DNA of 11,525 nucleotides, taken from UHGV virus genome UHGV-1357462; one strand, 5' to 3'. The notes beneath the pieces were generated by a model, which was not told where the DNA came from, made no database searches, and was given only the letters and a program-made list of their open reading frames with translations. Both the position numbers and the translations under genes were made by a program. Origin of the DNA: a virus. Of this stretch, positions 1 through 7,427 are shown piece by piece. Every line of letters starts with the position of its first letter. The first letter of the stretch is position 1.

Positions 1-786
1 CTGATTGACTGTGCAGCCGAACCGACACAGTTTAACGGACGATCGCTGGTACAGATTGCGCAGGCGCTTGCTGCGCCTTTCGGCATTGAGGTGGTGAACA
101 ACAGTGCGCCGTCGGGTGTTATTCCTGATGTCCAGCCTGATCACGGCGAAACGGTGATTGAGGTGATCAACAAAATACTCGGTCAGCAGCAGGCACTGGC
201 TTACGACGACCCGCACGGCAGGCTGGTGATTGGCGGTATTGGCTCAACGCGGGCACATACCGCGCTGGTACTTGGGGAAAACATCCTTTCCTGTGATACG
301 GAGAAGAGTATCCGGGAGCGGTTTTCAGTTTACCAGGTGGCGGGGCAGCGTGCCGGAAACGACGATGATTTCGGTGAGGCCACCACCACCGCGCTGCGGG
401 CCCGCACAGAGGACGCATTTATTGCCCGTTACCGTCCGATGTATATCAGGCAGACAGGGCAGGCCACGGGGGCAGGCTGTATTGCCCGTGCGGACTTTGA
501 AGCCCGACAACGGGCGGCGCGGACGGATGAAACCACCTATGTGGTGCAGGGATGGCGACAGGGTAACGGTACGCTGTGGCAGCCCAACCAGCGGGTGATT
601 GTCTTCGATCCGGTCTGTGGTTTCGACAATACCGAACTGCTTGTCTCGGAAGTCACGTTTACTCAGGACCAGAACGGCACCCTGACGGAAATCCGTGTCG
701 GCCCACCTGATGCTTATCTGCCTGAACCCGAAGCCCCCGGCGCGCGGAAAAAGAAAAAAGCCAGAGTACAGGAGGACCCGTTCTGA
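1..786 (+). CDS. Phage baseplate hub protein, Mu gp44 (P)-like; 5'-partial
   Basis: Frame 1 has no stop from nt 1 (LIDCAAEPTQFNGRSLVQIAQALAAPFGIE precedes the tracked GTG at 91), so the gene enters from upstream. Its stop overlaps the next start (TGATG, 784-788). It is the first gene of a V / gp46 / J / gp48-like series, matching Mu 44-45-46-47-48 order. The assignment rests on synteny and remembered family appearance, not on alignment. Confidence 0.7.
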   Translation: MIDCAAEPTQFNGRSLVQIAQALAAPFGIEVVNNSAPSGVIPDVQPDHGETVIEVINKILGQQQALAYDDPHGRLVIGGIGSTRAHTALVLGENILSCDTEKSIRERFSVYQVAGQRAGNDDDFGEATTTALRARTEDAFIARYRPMYIRQTGQATGAGCIARADFEARQRAARTDETTYVVQGWRQGNGTLWQPNQRVIVFDPVCGFDNTELLVSEVTFTQDQNGTLTEIRVGPPDAYLPEPEAPGARKKKKARVQEDPF

Positions 787-1334
787 TGAGGACGATTGAA
801 GCCATGCAGCGACAACTCCTCGGCCTGATTGGGCGGGCTGTGGTGAAAAGCATCAGTGCCGCCACGAAATGTCAGACCGTGGATGTGTCCCTGATTGCCG
901 GTGAACCCAAAGCCGGGGTTGAACATCTTGAACCCTACGGTTTTACCGCAAGGGCAAACAGCGGTGCGGAAGCGGTGGTGTTGTTTCCGGATGGCGACCG
1001 TTCTCATGCGGTGGTTGTTACGGTGTCGGACCGGCGCTACCGCCTGAAAGGGCTGCAGACGGGTGAGGTGGCTGTCTATGACGATCAGGGGCAGTCCGTG
1101 ACGCTGACCCGGGAGGGGATCGTGGTGGACGGTGCAGGTAAGACGATCACGTTTCGCAATGCGCCCAGAGCACGTTTTGAAATGGACCTGGAAGTGACCG
1201 GACAGGTGAAAGACCTGTGCGACTCCGGCGGCACCACCATGTCAGCGATGCGGCTTGCCTATAACGGGCATCGTCACAGAGAGAACGGTCAGGGCAGTAA
1301 CACCGATAAACCTGATAAAGCGATGGAGGCATGA
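786..1334 (+). CDS. Baseplate spike / assembly protein V (Mu gp45, P2 gpV-like)
   Basis: 182-aa ORF, translationally coupled on both sides (TGATG upstream, ATGA downstream). The central segment GEVAVYDDQGQSVTLTREGIVVDGAGKTITF...LEVTGQV looks like the gpV spike fold. Its position between the hub and the gp46-like gene fits. Confidence 0.8.
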   Translation: MRTIEAMQRQLLGLIGRAVVKSISAATKCQTVDVSLIAGEPKAGVEHLEPYGFTARANSGAEAVVLFPDGDRSHAVVVTVSDRRYRLKGLQTGEVAVYDDQGQSVTLTREGIVVDGAGKTITFRNAPRARFEMDLEVTGQVKDLCDSGGTTMSAMRLAYNGHRHRENGQGSNTDKPDKAMEA

Positions 1335-1759
1335 TGGAACTGTGGCTGACGGTGAACGGTAAACGCACCTGCGCCAGCTCACCGCTGGATCCGCTGACCC
1401 GCGCCGTGGTGATTTCCCTGTTCACCTGGCGGCGGGCGGAGCCTGATGACAATGCCGACGTCCCGATGGGATGGTGGGGGGATACCTGGCCTGCGGTACA
1501 GAATGACCGTTACGGCTCCCGACTGTGGCTGCTTCAGCGCAGCAAACTGACCAATCAGCTGGTGCAGACGGTAAGGGGGTATATCCGCGAATGCCTGCAA
1601 TGGATGATTGATGACGGCGTGGTGTCCCGTATTGATCTGGATATCCGCCGCACCGGGATTAATGAGCTGGGTAACAGTATCACCCTCTGGCGTCGTGACG
1701 GACCGGTAATGATTTCTTTTGATGATCTGTGGAGTGCGATAACGCATGGCGGACAGTGA
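1331..1759 (+). CDS. Mu gp46-family baseplate protein
   Basis: 142-aa ORF with an ATGA overlap to the V gene. The segment WGDTWP...YGSRLWLLQRSKL resembles the GP46 family as I remember it. It sits directly upstream of the J-like gene, as in Mu. Confidence 0.75.
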   Translation: MMELWLTVNGKRTCASSPLDPLTRAVVISLFTWRRAEPDDNADVPMGWWGDTWPAVQNDRYGSRLWLLQRSKLTNQLVQTVRGYIRECLQWMIDDGVVSRIDLDIRRTGINELGNSITLWRRDGPVMISFDDLWSAITHGGQ

Positions 1760-2804
1760 ATTTCAGCGCCCGACGCTGGCAGAAAATATCAGTATGCTCC
1801 GTAACGATTTATTCGCCAGGCTGGACGTCAGCGACACGCTCCGGCGCATGGATGAAGACGTGCGGGCAAAGGTGTATGCGGCGGCGCTGCATACGGTTTA
1901 CGGGTACATCGATTATCTGGCAATGAACATGCTGCCTGACCTGTGCGATGAGTCCTGGCTGGCGCGACATGCTGCGATGAAACGGTGTCCGCGCAAGGGG
2001 GCCACGGCTGCCAGCGGGTATATGCGCTGGGAAGGTGTCAGCGATGGCCTGAAGGTGACTGCCGGGAGTGTTATTCAGCGCGATGACCTGGTTCAGTACA
2101 CGGCAACTGCCGATGCAACCAGCTCCGGTGGTGTCCTGCGCGTGCCGATCGCCTGCTCAAGTGCAGGCGCGGTCGGTAACGCTGACGACGGTACGTCATT
2201 AATCCTGGTCACGCCGGTTAATGGTCTGCCGTCTTCCGGCGTGGCAGATACCCTGACAGGTGGATTTGATACTGAAGAGCTGGAAACGTGGCGCGCCCGC
2301 GTCATTGAGCGATATTACTGGACGCCTCAGGGCGGGGCTGACGGGGACTATGTCGTCTGGGCTAAAGAAGTGCCCGGCATTACCCGCGCATGGACATACC
2401 GTCACTGGATGGGAACGGGAACTGTCGGTGTGATGATTGCCAGCAGTGACCTGATTAATCCCATTCCGGAAGAATCAACGGAAACGGCGGCAAGACAACA
2501 CATTGAGCCACTGGCCCCGGTGGCAGGCTCTGATTTGTATGTATTCAGGCCGGTGGCACATACGGTGGATTTTCATATCCGCGTGACGCCGGACACACCA
2601 GAAATACGGGCTGCCATTACCGCGGAGTTGCGTTCGTTCCTGCTGCGTGATGGTTATCCGCAGGGAGAACTGAAGGTATCGCGTATCAGTGAGGCGATTT
2701 CCGGTGCGAACGGGGAATACAGCCATCAGTTGCTTGCACCGGTGGACAATATCTCCATTGCGAAAAATGAGCTGGCGGTTCTGGGGACGATTTCATGGAC
2801 GTGA
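1746..2804 (+). CDS. Baseplate J-like protein (Mu gp47 / P2 gpJ / e14 JayE family)
   Basis: 352-aa ORF that overlaps its neighbours by 14 and 10 nt. Size and position match Baseplate_J family wedge proteins, and the composition is GC-rich like the rest of the operon. Confidence 0.85.
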   Translation: MADSEFQRPTLAENISMLRNDLFARLDVSDTLRRMDEDVRAKVYAAALHTVYGYIDYLAMNMLPDLCDESWLARHAAMKRCPRKGATAASGYMRWEGVSDGLKVTAGSVIQRDDLVQYTATADATSSGGVLRVPIACSSAGAVGNADDGTSLILVTPVNGLPSSGVADTLTGGFDTEELETWRARVIERYYWTPQGGADGDYVVWAKEVPGITRAWTYRHWMGTGTVGVMIASSDLINPIPEESTETAARQHIEPLAPVAGSDLYVFRPVAHTVDFHIRVTPDTPEIRAAITAELRSFLLRDGYPQGELKVSRISEAISGANGEYSHQLLAPVDNISIAKNELAVLGTISWT

Positions 2805-3379
2805 CAAACGATGATTACATCCGCCTGTTATCGGCACTGTTGCCGCCCGGTCCTGCATGGTCAGCCAGCGATCCGGCGATTGCCGGTGCGGCACCTTCAT
2901 TAACCCGCGTTCATCAGCGTGCGGATGCTCTGATGCGGGAGCTTGATCCGCGCACCACCACCGAGCTGATAAATCGCTGGGAGCGTCTGTGTGGCCTGCC
3001 GGATGAATGTATTCCCGCAGGGACACAGACCCTTCGCCAGCGTCAGCAACGGCTGGATGCGAAGGTTAACCTGGCGGGTGGCATCAACGAGGATTTTTAT
3101 CTTGCACAGCTTGCTGCCCTGGGCAGACCAGATGCCACCATCACGCGATACGACAAAAGCACGTTCACCTGCTCATCGGCCTGTACTGACGCTGTGAATG
3201 CGCCGGAATGGCGGTATTACTGGCAGGTCAACATGCCAGCCGCCACCAACACCACCTGGATGACATGTGGCGATCCCTGTGATTCCGCGCTGCGTATCTG
3301 GGGCGACACCGTTGTCGAGTGTGTGCTTAACAAACTCTGCCCGTCGCATACCTACGTAATTTTTAAATATCCGGAGTAA
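2795..3379 (+). CDS. YmfQ-like / DUF2313 tail protein (Mu gp48-like)
   Basis: 194-aa ORF. The N-terminal [16 protein letters not shown] is the signature start of YmfQ/Mu gp48-type proteins. It lies between the J-like gene and the tail fibre, as in e14 and Mu. Confidence 0.8.
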   Translation: MDVTNDDYIRLLSALLPPGPAWSASDPAIAGAAPSLTRVHQRADALMRELDPRTTTELINRWERLCGLPDECIPAGTQTLRQRQQRLDAKVNLAGGINEDFYLAQLAALGRPDATITRYDKSTFTCSSACTDAVNAPEWRYYWQVNMPAATNTTWMTCGDPCDSALRIWGDTVVECVLNKLCPSHTYVIFKYPE

Positions 3380-3382
3380 TCC

Positions 3383-4129
3383 ATGCATCGTATAGACACG
3401 AAAACCGCGCAGAAGGATAAGTTCGGCGCGGGTAAGAACGGTTTTACCCGTGGTAACCCCCAGACAGGCACGCCTGCCACCGATCTGGATGATGACTACT
3501 TTGACATGTTGCAGGAAGAACTCTGCAGCGTGGTGGAGGCATCCGGTGCCAGTCTGGAGAAGGCGCGGCACGACCAACTGCTTACCGCGCTTCGTGCGCT
3601 GCTGTTAAGCCGCAAGAATCCGTTTGGCGATATCAAATCGGATGGCACGGTGAAAACGGCTCTCGAAAACCTTGGTTTGGGAGAAGGTGCTCCAGCTATT
3701 GGCGTTCCGTTCTTCTGGCCGTCCGCTGCAATGCCAAATACTGTAATCGACAGCTGGTCCAGTATGGTGTTTTTGAAGTTCAACGGCGCGAAATTCTCTG
3801 CCACTGATTATCCTGTGCTGGCGAAAGTGTTTCCTTCGCTGGTATTACCTGAAGCCCGCGGTGATTTCATTCGTATCTGGGATGACGGGCGAGGTGCAGA
3901 CGGTGGTCGCGAATTATTAAGCTGGCAGGAAGCTACAAACTTTTCTCAGTTTGCCGGGAATATAGGCGGAGGTGCGGGACACGCAATTAACTTTCATGAT
4001 GGCATCGCCGGAAATCAGCCAGGATTTTCACGATTTAATTTCACCAGTAACTCTGTGGGTGATGGTGTGAATTTTGTTGCTGTCAGACCGCGAAATATTG
4101 CATTTAACTTTCTGGTGAGGGCTAAATAA
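3383..4129 (+). CDS. Short tail fibre protein (constant N-terminus fused to the currently expressed variable C-terminus, Sc+Sv)
   Basis: 248-aa ORF. The N-terminus [46 protein letters not shown] is the conserved start of short fibres in Mu-tail-type prophages. Codons 93-101 (ALENLGLGE) coincide with the left inversion site. DNA becomes visibly AT-richer after that point. The stop overlaps the tfa start (TAATG). Confidence 0.85.
   Translation: MHRIDTKTAQKDKFGAGKNGFTRGNPQTGTPATDLDDDYFDMLQEELCSVVEASGASLEKARHDQLLTALRALLLSRKNPFGDIKSDGTVKTALENLGLGEGAPAIGVPFFWPSAAMPNTVIDSWSSMVFLKFNGAKFSATDYPVLAKVFPSLVLPEARGDFIRIWDDGRGADGGRELLSWQEATNFSQFAGNIGGGAGHAINFHDGIAGNQPGFSRFNFTSNSVGDGVNFVAVRPRNIAFNFLVRAK
3660..3685. 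repeat. Left DNA-invertase crossover site (hix/gix/pix-like)
   Basis: ctctcgaaaaccTTggtttgggagaa. It matches the reverse complement of 5465-5490 at 21 of 26 positions, including a perfect 14-bp block (3672-3685 vs 5465-5478) and the same central TT dinucleotide. It has the AAACC-NN-GGTTT core typical of Hin/Gin/Cin/Pin sites. Confidence 0.8.
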
Positions 4130-4722
4130 TGAAACCTGTTTTTGATGAAAATGGGCTGGCTACAGTGCCGGGCGATATGCGTTGTTTTTATTATGATGCT
4201 GAAACATCTGAGTATACGGGCTGGTCTGATGAATATATTAATACTGGCGTAAGTATGCCCGCCTGTTCCACTGGTATTGACCCGGGCGAAAACATTCCGG
4301 GGAAAGTGGCAGTATTTACGGGTAAGGGATGGAGCCATGAAGAAGACCATCGCAATGAGACTGTTTACTCAACAGAAAATGGCGCAGCTGTTACAGTGGA
4401 TTATATCGGTGCCATCAAAGACGGTTATGTCACGCTTTCACCGTTAACGCCATACGATAAATGGGATGGTGAGAAATGGGTGACGGATACCGAGGCACAG
4501 CATAGCGCCGCAGTAGACGCGGCAGAAGCACAACGTCAGTCACTGATTGATACTGCAATGGCTTCCATTAGTCTGATTCAACTGAAATTGCAGGCCGGAC
4601 GGAAACTGACGCAGGCAGAAACAACCCGACTTAACGCCGTGCTGGATTACATTGACGCGGTGACGGTAACAGATACCAGCACCGCGCCGGATATCATCTG
4701 GCCTGAACTGCCGGAGGCGTAG
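4129..4722 (+). CDS. Tail fibre assembly protein (Tfa / gpU-like), expressed orientation
   Basis: 197-aa ORF coupled to the fibre gene. The C-terminus LNAVLDYIDAVTVTDTSTAPDIIWPELPEA is the hallmark tail-fibre-assembly chaperone C-terminus. Confidence 0.85.
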   Translation: MKPVFDENGLATVPGDMRCFYYDAETSEYTGWSDEYINTGVSMPACSTGIDPGENIPGKVAVFTGKGWSHEEDHRNETVYSTENGAAVTVDYIGAIKDGYVTLSPLTPYDKWDGEKWVTDTEAQHSAAVDAAEAQRQSLIDTAMASISLIQLKLQAGRKLTQAETTRLNAVLDYIDAVTVTDTSTAPDIIWPELPEA

Positions 4723-5113
4723 GCCATTCAATATCTGGCGCACTGGAAGTATCGACCAGCTCCAGTGCGTCCAGATAATCCAGCCACAAATTATATTGCG
4801 CCAGTTCCTCACCTTTCAGACGACCAATAGCCGCTTTACCAGGCCATTGCCTGCTGTTCATGTGCTCGTTGGCTTCATTAATAAGTTTTCCTTTTTTCAA
4901 CTCTGCCAATGCAATAAGGTTTTCTTTTGATAAAGGTGGTTGCTCTGTCAAAACCGGATATCCCTCCTGATTGCTGACTATTTTCATGCCATTATCCTGA
5001 CCATCCAGTAGTGACAGCCATTCATCCGTGGTTATCTCAACAGCATCTGAAGGTGCTTTATTTAAATCGGTAAAAAAACCATTTTCTTTTTGTGAATAGA
5101 AGTATCTGTCCAT
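4694..5113 (-). CDS. Alternative tail fibre assembly protein (Tfa' / gpU'-like), silent orientation
   Basis: 139-aa ORF. The N-terminus is MDRYFYSQKENGFF and the C-terminus is LWLDYLDALELVDTSSAPDIEWPTPP, the same family hallmark. It is convergent with the other tfa and overlaps it by 29 nt. It lies directly downstream of the Sv' cassette. Confidence 0.8.
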   Translation of the reverse strand: MDRYFYSQKENGFFTDLNKAPSDAVEITTDEWLSLLDGQDNGMKIVSNQEGYPVLTEQPPLSKENLIALAELKKGKLINEANEHMNSRQWPGKAAIGRLKGEELAQYNLWLDYLDALELVDTSSAPDIEWPTPPAVQAR

Positions 5114-5116
5114 TTA

Positions 5117-5464
5117 TCAATCTCCAAAAGCAATCCAGTAAGCAAAAGGATTTATTCCTTGCTCAGTCACAGATGACATCAGGGAAAATTGCGATGGTGA
5201 AACAGGTAATGCTGCAAAACTAACCATTGTTGACACACCTGACCGTGCATTATCGTACGATGCAACAACACAATAATTGGTATTGCTGAAAGATATCGGC
5301 AGGGTGATATTTACAGGTGAGCCTAATGGCCCTGATGCTGATATTCCCATTTGAATGATGGTTCCATCAGGCAATTTTCTCCAGCGATTAGAACTCGGAT
5401 TTCTTTTCCAGGCTGACATATCCGGTATCTGATTTTCTCCTGTGCCTACATCCCTTTTCGCCGC
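5117..5464 (-). CDS. Promoter-less alternative tail-fibre C-terminal cassette (Sv')
   Basis: The minus-strand frame is open through the right crossover site. The peptide ...NVGLGEAAKRDVGTGENQIPDMSAW... shares GLGE with the fibre at the left site. Inversion would therefore fuse fibre codons 1-101 to this cassette. The tracked Met at 5518 has no usable SD. Confidence 0.7.
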   Translation of the reverse strand, partial: AAKRDVGTGENQIPDMSAWKRNPSSNRWRKLPDGTIIQMGISASGPLGSPVNITLPISFSNTNYCVVASYDNARSGVSTMVSFAALPVSPSQFSLMSSVTEQGINPFAYWIAFGD

Positions 5465-5490
5465 TTCTCCCAAACCAACGTTTATGAAAA
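5465..5490. repeat. Right DNA-invertase crossover site (hix/gix/pix-like)
   Basis: ttctcccaaaccAAcgtttatgaaaa. It is the inverted partner of 3660-3685, lies 55 bp upstream of the invertase ATG, and resembles remembered hixL/gix sequences. Confidence 0.8.
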
Positions 5491-5544
5491 TGCAGAAATA
5501 ACGAGCAAATGGCATCATTCCTGCTTTTGTCAGGGAGATCTACC

Positions 5545-5901
5545 ATGCTTATTGGCTATGTACGTGTGTCAACAAATGACCAGAACACAGATCTACAGCG
5601 TAATGCGCTGAACTGTGCAGGATGCGAGCTGATTTTTGAAGACAAGATAAGCGGTACAAAGTCTGAAAGGCCGGGACTGAAAAAACTGCTCAGGACATTA
5701 TCGGAAGGTGACACTCTGGTTGTCTGGAAGCTGGATCGGCTGGGGCGTAGTATGCGGCATCTGGTCATTCTGGTTGAGGAGTTGCGCGAACGTGGCGTTA
5801 ATTTTCGCAGCCTAACGGATGCTATTGATATCAGCACGTCGATGGGGCGTTTTTTCTTTTATGTGATGGGGGCCTTGGCTGAAATTGAGTTTCAGGATTA
5901 A
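5545..5901 (+). pseudogene. pin: Serine DNA invertase, Gin/Pin/Cin/Hin family; 3'-truncated (catalytic domain only)
   Basis: MLIGYVRVSTNDQNTDLQRNAL...VVWKLDRLGRSM...GRFFFYVMGALAEIE is near-identical in pattern to Gin/Pin, with the catalytic Ser in YVRVSTNDQ. An SD (AGGGAG) lies 7 nt before ATG 5545. Family similarity stops at about nt 5889, followed by FQD-stop. Full-length family members are about 180-195 aa and carry a C-terminal HTH. No other frame continues the homology. Confidence 0.85.
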
Positions 5902-6062
5902 GCGATATCGTACTCACCCTTGGTCCCACCTAATAAATCTGAAGAACGGAAGCGCTGCCAGATGATGGTGGTGGCTACAATTATTCACACTCAATCTTCG
6001 GAGCAATCACGTACATCATAATGATGTTAGGAATACGGAGTTTAATGACTGTCCAGTGATGT

Positions 6063-6091
6063 AAAAAGAAACCCCGGCGTAGTAGCCGAGG
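6063..6091 (-). terminator. Rho-independent terminator of the protease gene
   Basis: On the minus strand the sequence reads CCTCGGC-TACTAC-GCCGGGG, a 7-bp stem with one G-U pair, followed by TTTCTTTTT. It lies 24 nt after the stop codon. Confidence 0.7.
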
Positions 6092-6114
6092 TCCTCAATC
6101 AGAAACTACAATAT

Positions 6115-7119
6115 TCACTGAGTGCCTTCATCTGGTTGCTCTGCTGGTAAGGTTCCAGCCTCTTCTTCAGTTTCCGCATGTTTTCCATCGCCTCCCTGGA
6201 CAGGTTCATCCCTTGGCGGTTCTGCTCTTCCTGAATTTTGGTCAGAGATTTCATCTCCTTCCTGAATTCTGCTGTTGTCATGGGAATCTTCCTCTGCGTT
6301 AGTTGTTTCATATTGTTTTTTAGGAGTTAAATCTTTAATCATCGGTTTGTCGAAGATAGAGATTTCGCCTGACGAAATCATTTCACCAAGAACTTCGTAC
6401 AGGTTGGCTGCAAAATCTGTAGGACTCTCAACATGGTTGAATAGTTCCCTCGCCTCTTTACGGTCTATCACAAAACCATGGGCTGGATATCCAGCGATCA
6501 ACTTGCCTAATGAGCTTTCCTTAAGATTTTTCGAGTGACTATTCAAACGTTCCCCATAGGAAAGCGCTATGTTCATTGCTCGCTGATGCTCCCCGAGTTT
6601 GATAGGGTCTATCTGTGAGGCCATCGGCGATATGATTGCTTCAGTAAGCTTAGCAGCAATATCTGCAGACATCTTTGTGCTAATTTGGTTTCTGTACTTT
6701 ATATCAAGTACGTATGATCTAAAGGTCGAAATAGCGCACTCTTTTATTTCATCAATCGCCGTTGCGATAACAAGGCCCGAGCTCAATTCGCCGATCTCAT
6801 CATTTTTCTTAAGTTGGATATCTAGAGGGCCAAGCTCACCCATATCACCAATCACGAGCTTATGAGCGGCGACAGCCATCAATGTTCCAGCACTTTTGCA
6901 AGGGCCAACAACTAGAACGGTGATGTGCTCATAGTTGTGTTGCAAAGCGCGGCCAATTCTATATCCTGCGCTGGGATCACCGCCATAGGTAGCGACGCAA
7001 AAAAGAACATTTTTTTGTAAACCATGGTTAGTTTTTCTTTCTTTAATCGCTTTGGTGATGTCGTGATGACCAGAGCGGTGAACATCGCCTATGTATACGT
7101 AAACGTCTGTATCTTGCAT
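6115..7119 (-). CDS. ClpP/SppA-fold serine protease (SDH-family Clp-fold proteinase-like) with an acidic low-complexity C-terminal tail
   Basis: 334-aa ORF with an SD (AGGGA) 5 nt before the ATG. The core FCVATYGGDPSAGYRIGRAL...ITVLVVGPCKSAGTLMAVAAHKLVIGDMGELGPLDIQL fits the remembered pattern T-x-GG...S-A-G-T...LGP-x-D-x-Q of S49/SDH Clp-fold peptidases. The last ~70 aa are rich in Glu, Asp, Gly, Pro and Gln. The family call comes from motif memory, not from a search. Confidence 0.65.
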   Translation of the reverse strand: MQDTDVYVYIGDVHRSGHHDITKAIKERKTNHGLQKNVLFCVATYGGDPSAGYRIGRALQHNYEHITVLVVGPCKSAGTLMAVAAHKLVIGDMGELGPLDIQLKKNDEIGELSSGLVIATAIDEIKECAISTFRSYVLDIKYRNQISTKMSADIAAKLTEAIISPMASQIDPIKLGEHQRAMNIALSYGERLNSHSKNLKESSLGKLIAGYPAHGFVIDRKEARELFNHVESPTDFAANLYEVLGEMISSGEISIFDKPMIKDLTPKKQYETTNAEEDSHDNSRIQEGDEISDQNSGRAEPPRDEPVQGGDGKHAETEEEAGTLPAEQPDEGTQ

Positions 7120-7320
7120 TTTAATCCCTATGAATAAAATGGTTGAATTTAATGCTGTTCCTCAGCCAAAGCACTGTATCGATAACCAAAATACCTCAGA
7201 TTTGTCGAGAAAACTATCTGGAAAATTAGGCTAACTCTTTGAATCTTCGGAATGCAAAAAAGATAATTTCTCTGGATGGGCGCTAAGTTGATGTGTAAGT
7301 ATGACGGTTAGAACGGTCTC

Positions 7321-7359
7321 GGAAACCGCAGGCACGTCGTATGCAAGAACGTGCTGCGG
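7321..7359 (-). terminator. Weak or leaky hairpin terminator after the dinI-like gene
   Basis: On the minus strand the sequence reads CCGCAGCACGT-(11-nt loop)-ACGTGCCTGCGG, an 11-bp GC-rich stem with one bulge. Only TTTCC follows it, so the U-tract is poor. Confidence 0.35.
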
Positions 7360-7427
7360 CTGGCTGGCGAACTTTCGATAGTGCGAGTATTGAATGATTT
7401 CCAGCCGTTACCGATTTTACGTGTTAA

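Larger units (their letters stand above)
3660..5490. other. Invertible tail-fibre host-range segment (Mu G / P1 C / e14 P type)
   Basis: It is bounded by inverted 26-bp crossover sites. It contains Sv + tfa on the + strand, and tfa' plus a start-less Sv' cassette on the - strand. An invertase gene lies immediately to the right. Confidence 0.8.

Noticed and set aside
167-3577. Long antisense or off-frame ORFs inside the baseplate genes (167-418, 230-598, 325-510, 659-865, 714-1007, 1147-1452, 1379-1747, 1729-1926, 2093-2305, 2199-2405, 2475-2726, 2793-3026, 2991-3197, 3173-3577).
   Set aside because: They are Arg/Pro/Gly-rich translations typical of non-coding frames in GC-rich DNA. Each is fully nested in a syntenic, translationally coupled structural gene.
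3496-4812. Antisense ORFs within the fibre and tfa genes (3496-3804, 4015-4350, 4540-4812).
   Set aside because: They overlap well-supported fibre and chaperone genes and have no family resemblance or SD.
5465-5518. The Met start (MMPFARYFCIF...) that would make the 133-aa minus-strand ORF an independent gene.
   Set aside because: These codons lie outside or across the crossover site. The AGGA directly abuts the ATG, so there is no usable SD spacing. The family architecture predicts a start-less Sv' cassette expressed only after inversion.
5509-5544. The tracked N-terminal extension (MASFLLLSGRST) of the invertase ORF.
   Set aside because: All Gin/Pin/Cin/Hin proteins start MLIGYVRVS. ATG 5545 has an AGGGAG SD 7 nt upstream, and the extension overlaps the crossover-site and promoter region.
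5890-6114. An IS element or transposon end as the cause of the invertase truncation.
   Set aside because: I could see no terminal inverted repeats, target duplication or transposase fragment. Only short chance ORFs are present (for example a 19-aa MMVVATIIHTQ...). Illegitimate or homologous replacement is more likely.
6099-6311. A 70-aa same-strand, alternative-frame ORF (MKQLTQRKIPMTTAEFRKEMKSL...) lies inside the protease 3' region. It begins just after an A6 run (CCTAAAAAAC), which hints at a frameshift or a nested gene.
   Set aside because: The region is purine-rich (GAR-like), so several frames stay open. The protease frame keeps the A/T-ending codon preference and G-rich first positions of the rest of the gene, whereas the alternative frame is dominated by G-ending and AGG codons. 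The alternative frame also has a stop (TAA, 6329-6327) just upstream. The A6 run is short for slippage, and its slippery-heptamer phase fits the wrong frame. Comparison with homologues is still worthwhile.
6275-6865. Two plus-strand ORFs (87 and 88 aa) antisense to the protease gene, and the 5556-5837 ORF antisense to the invertase.
   Set aside because: They are Ser/Ile/Leu-rich low-complexity translations of the opposite strand of recognisable genes, with no start context.
7173-7188. A possible third LexA box (CTGTATCGATAACCAA) upstream of the protease gene.
   Set aside because: Only the CTGT half-site is present. The distal half reads CCAA instead of ACAG, so it does not satisfy CTGT-N8-ACAG.
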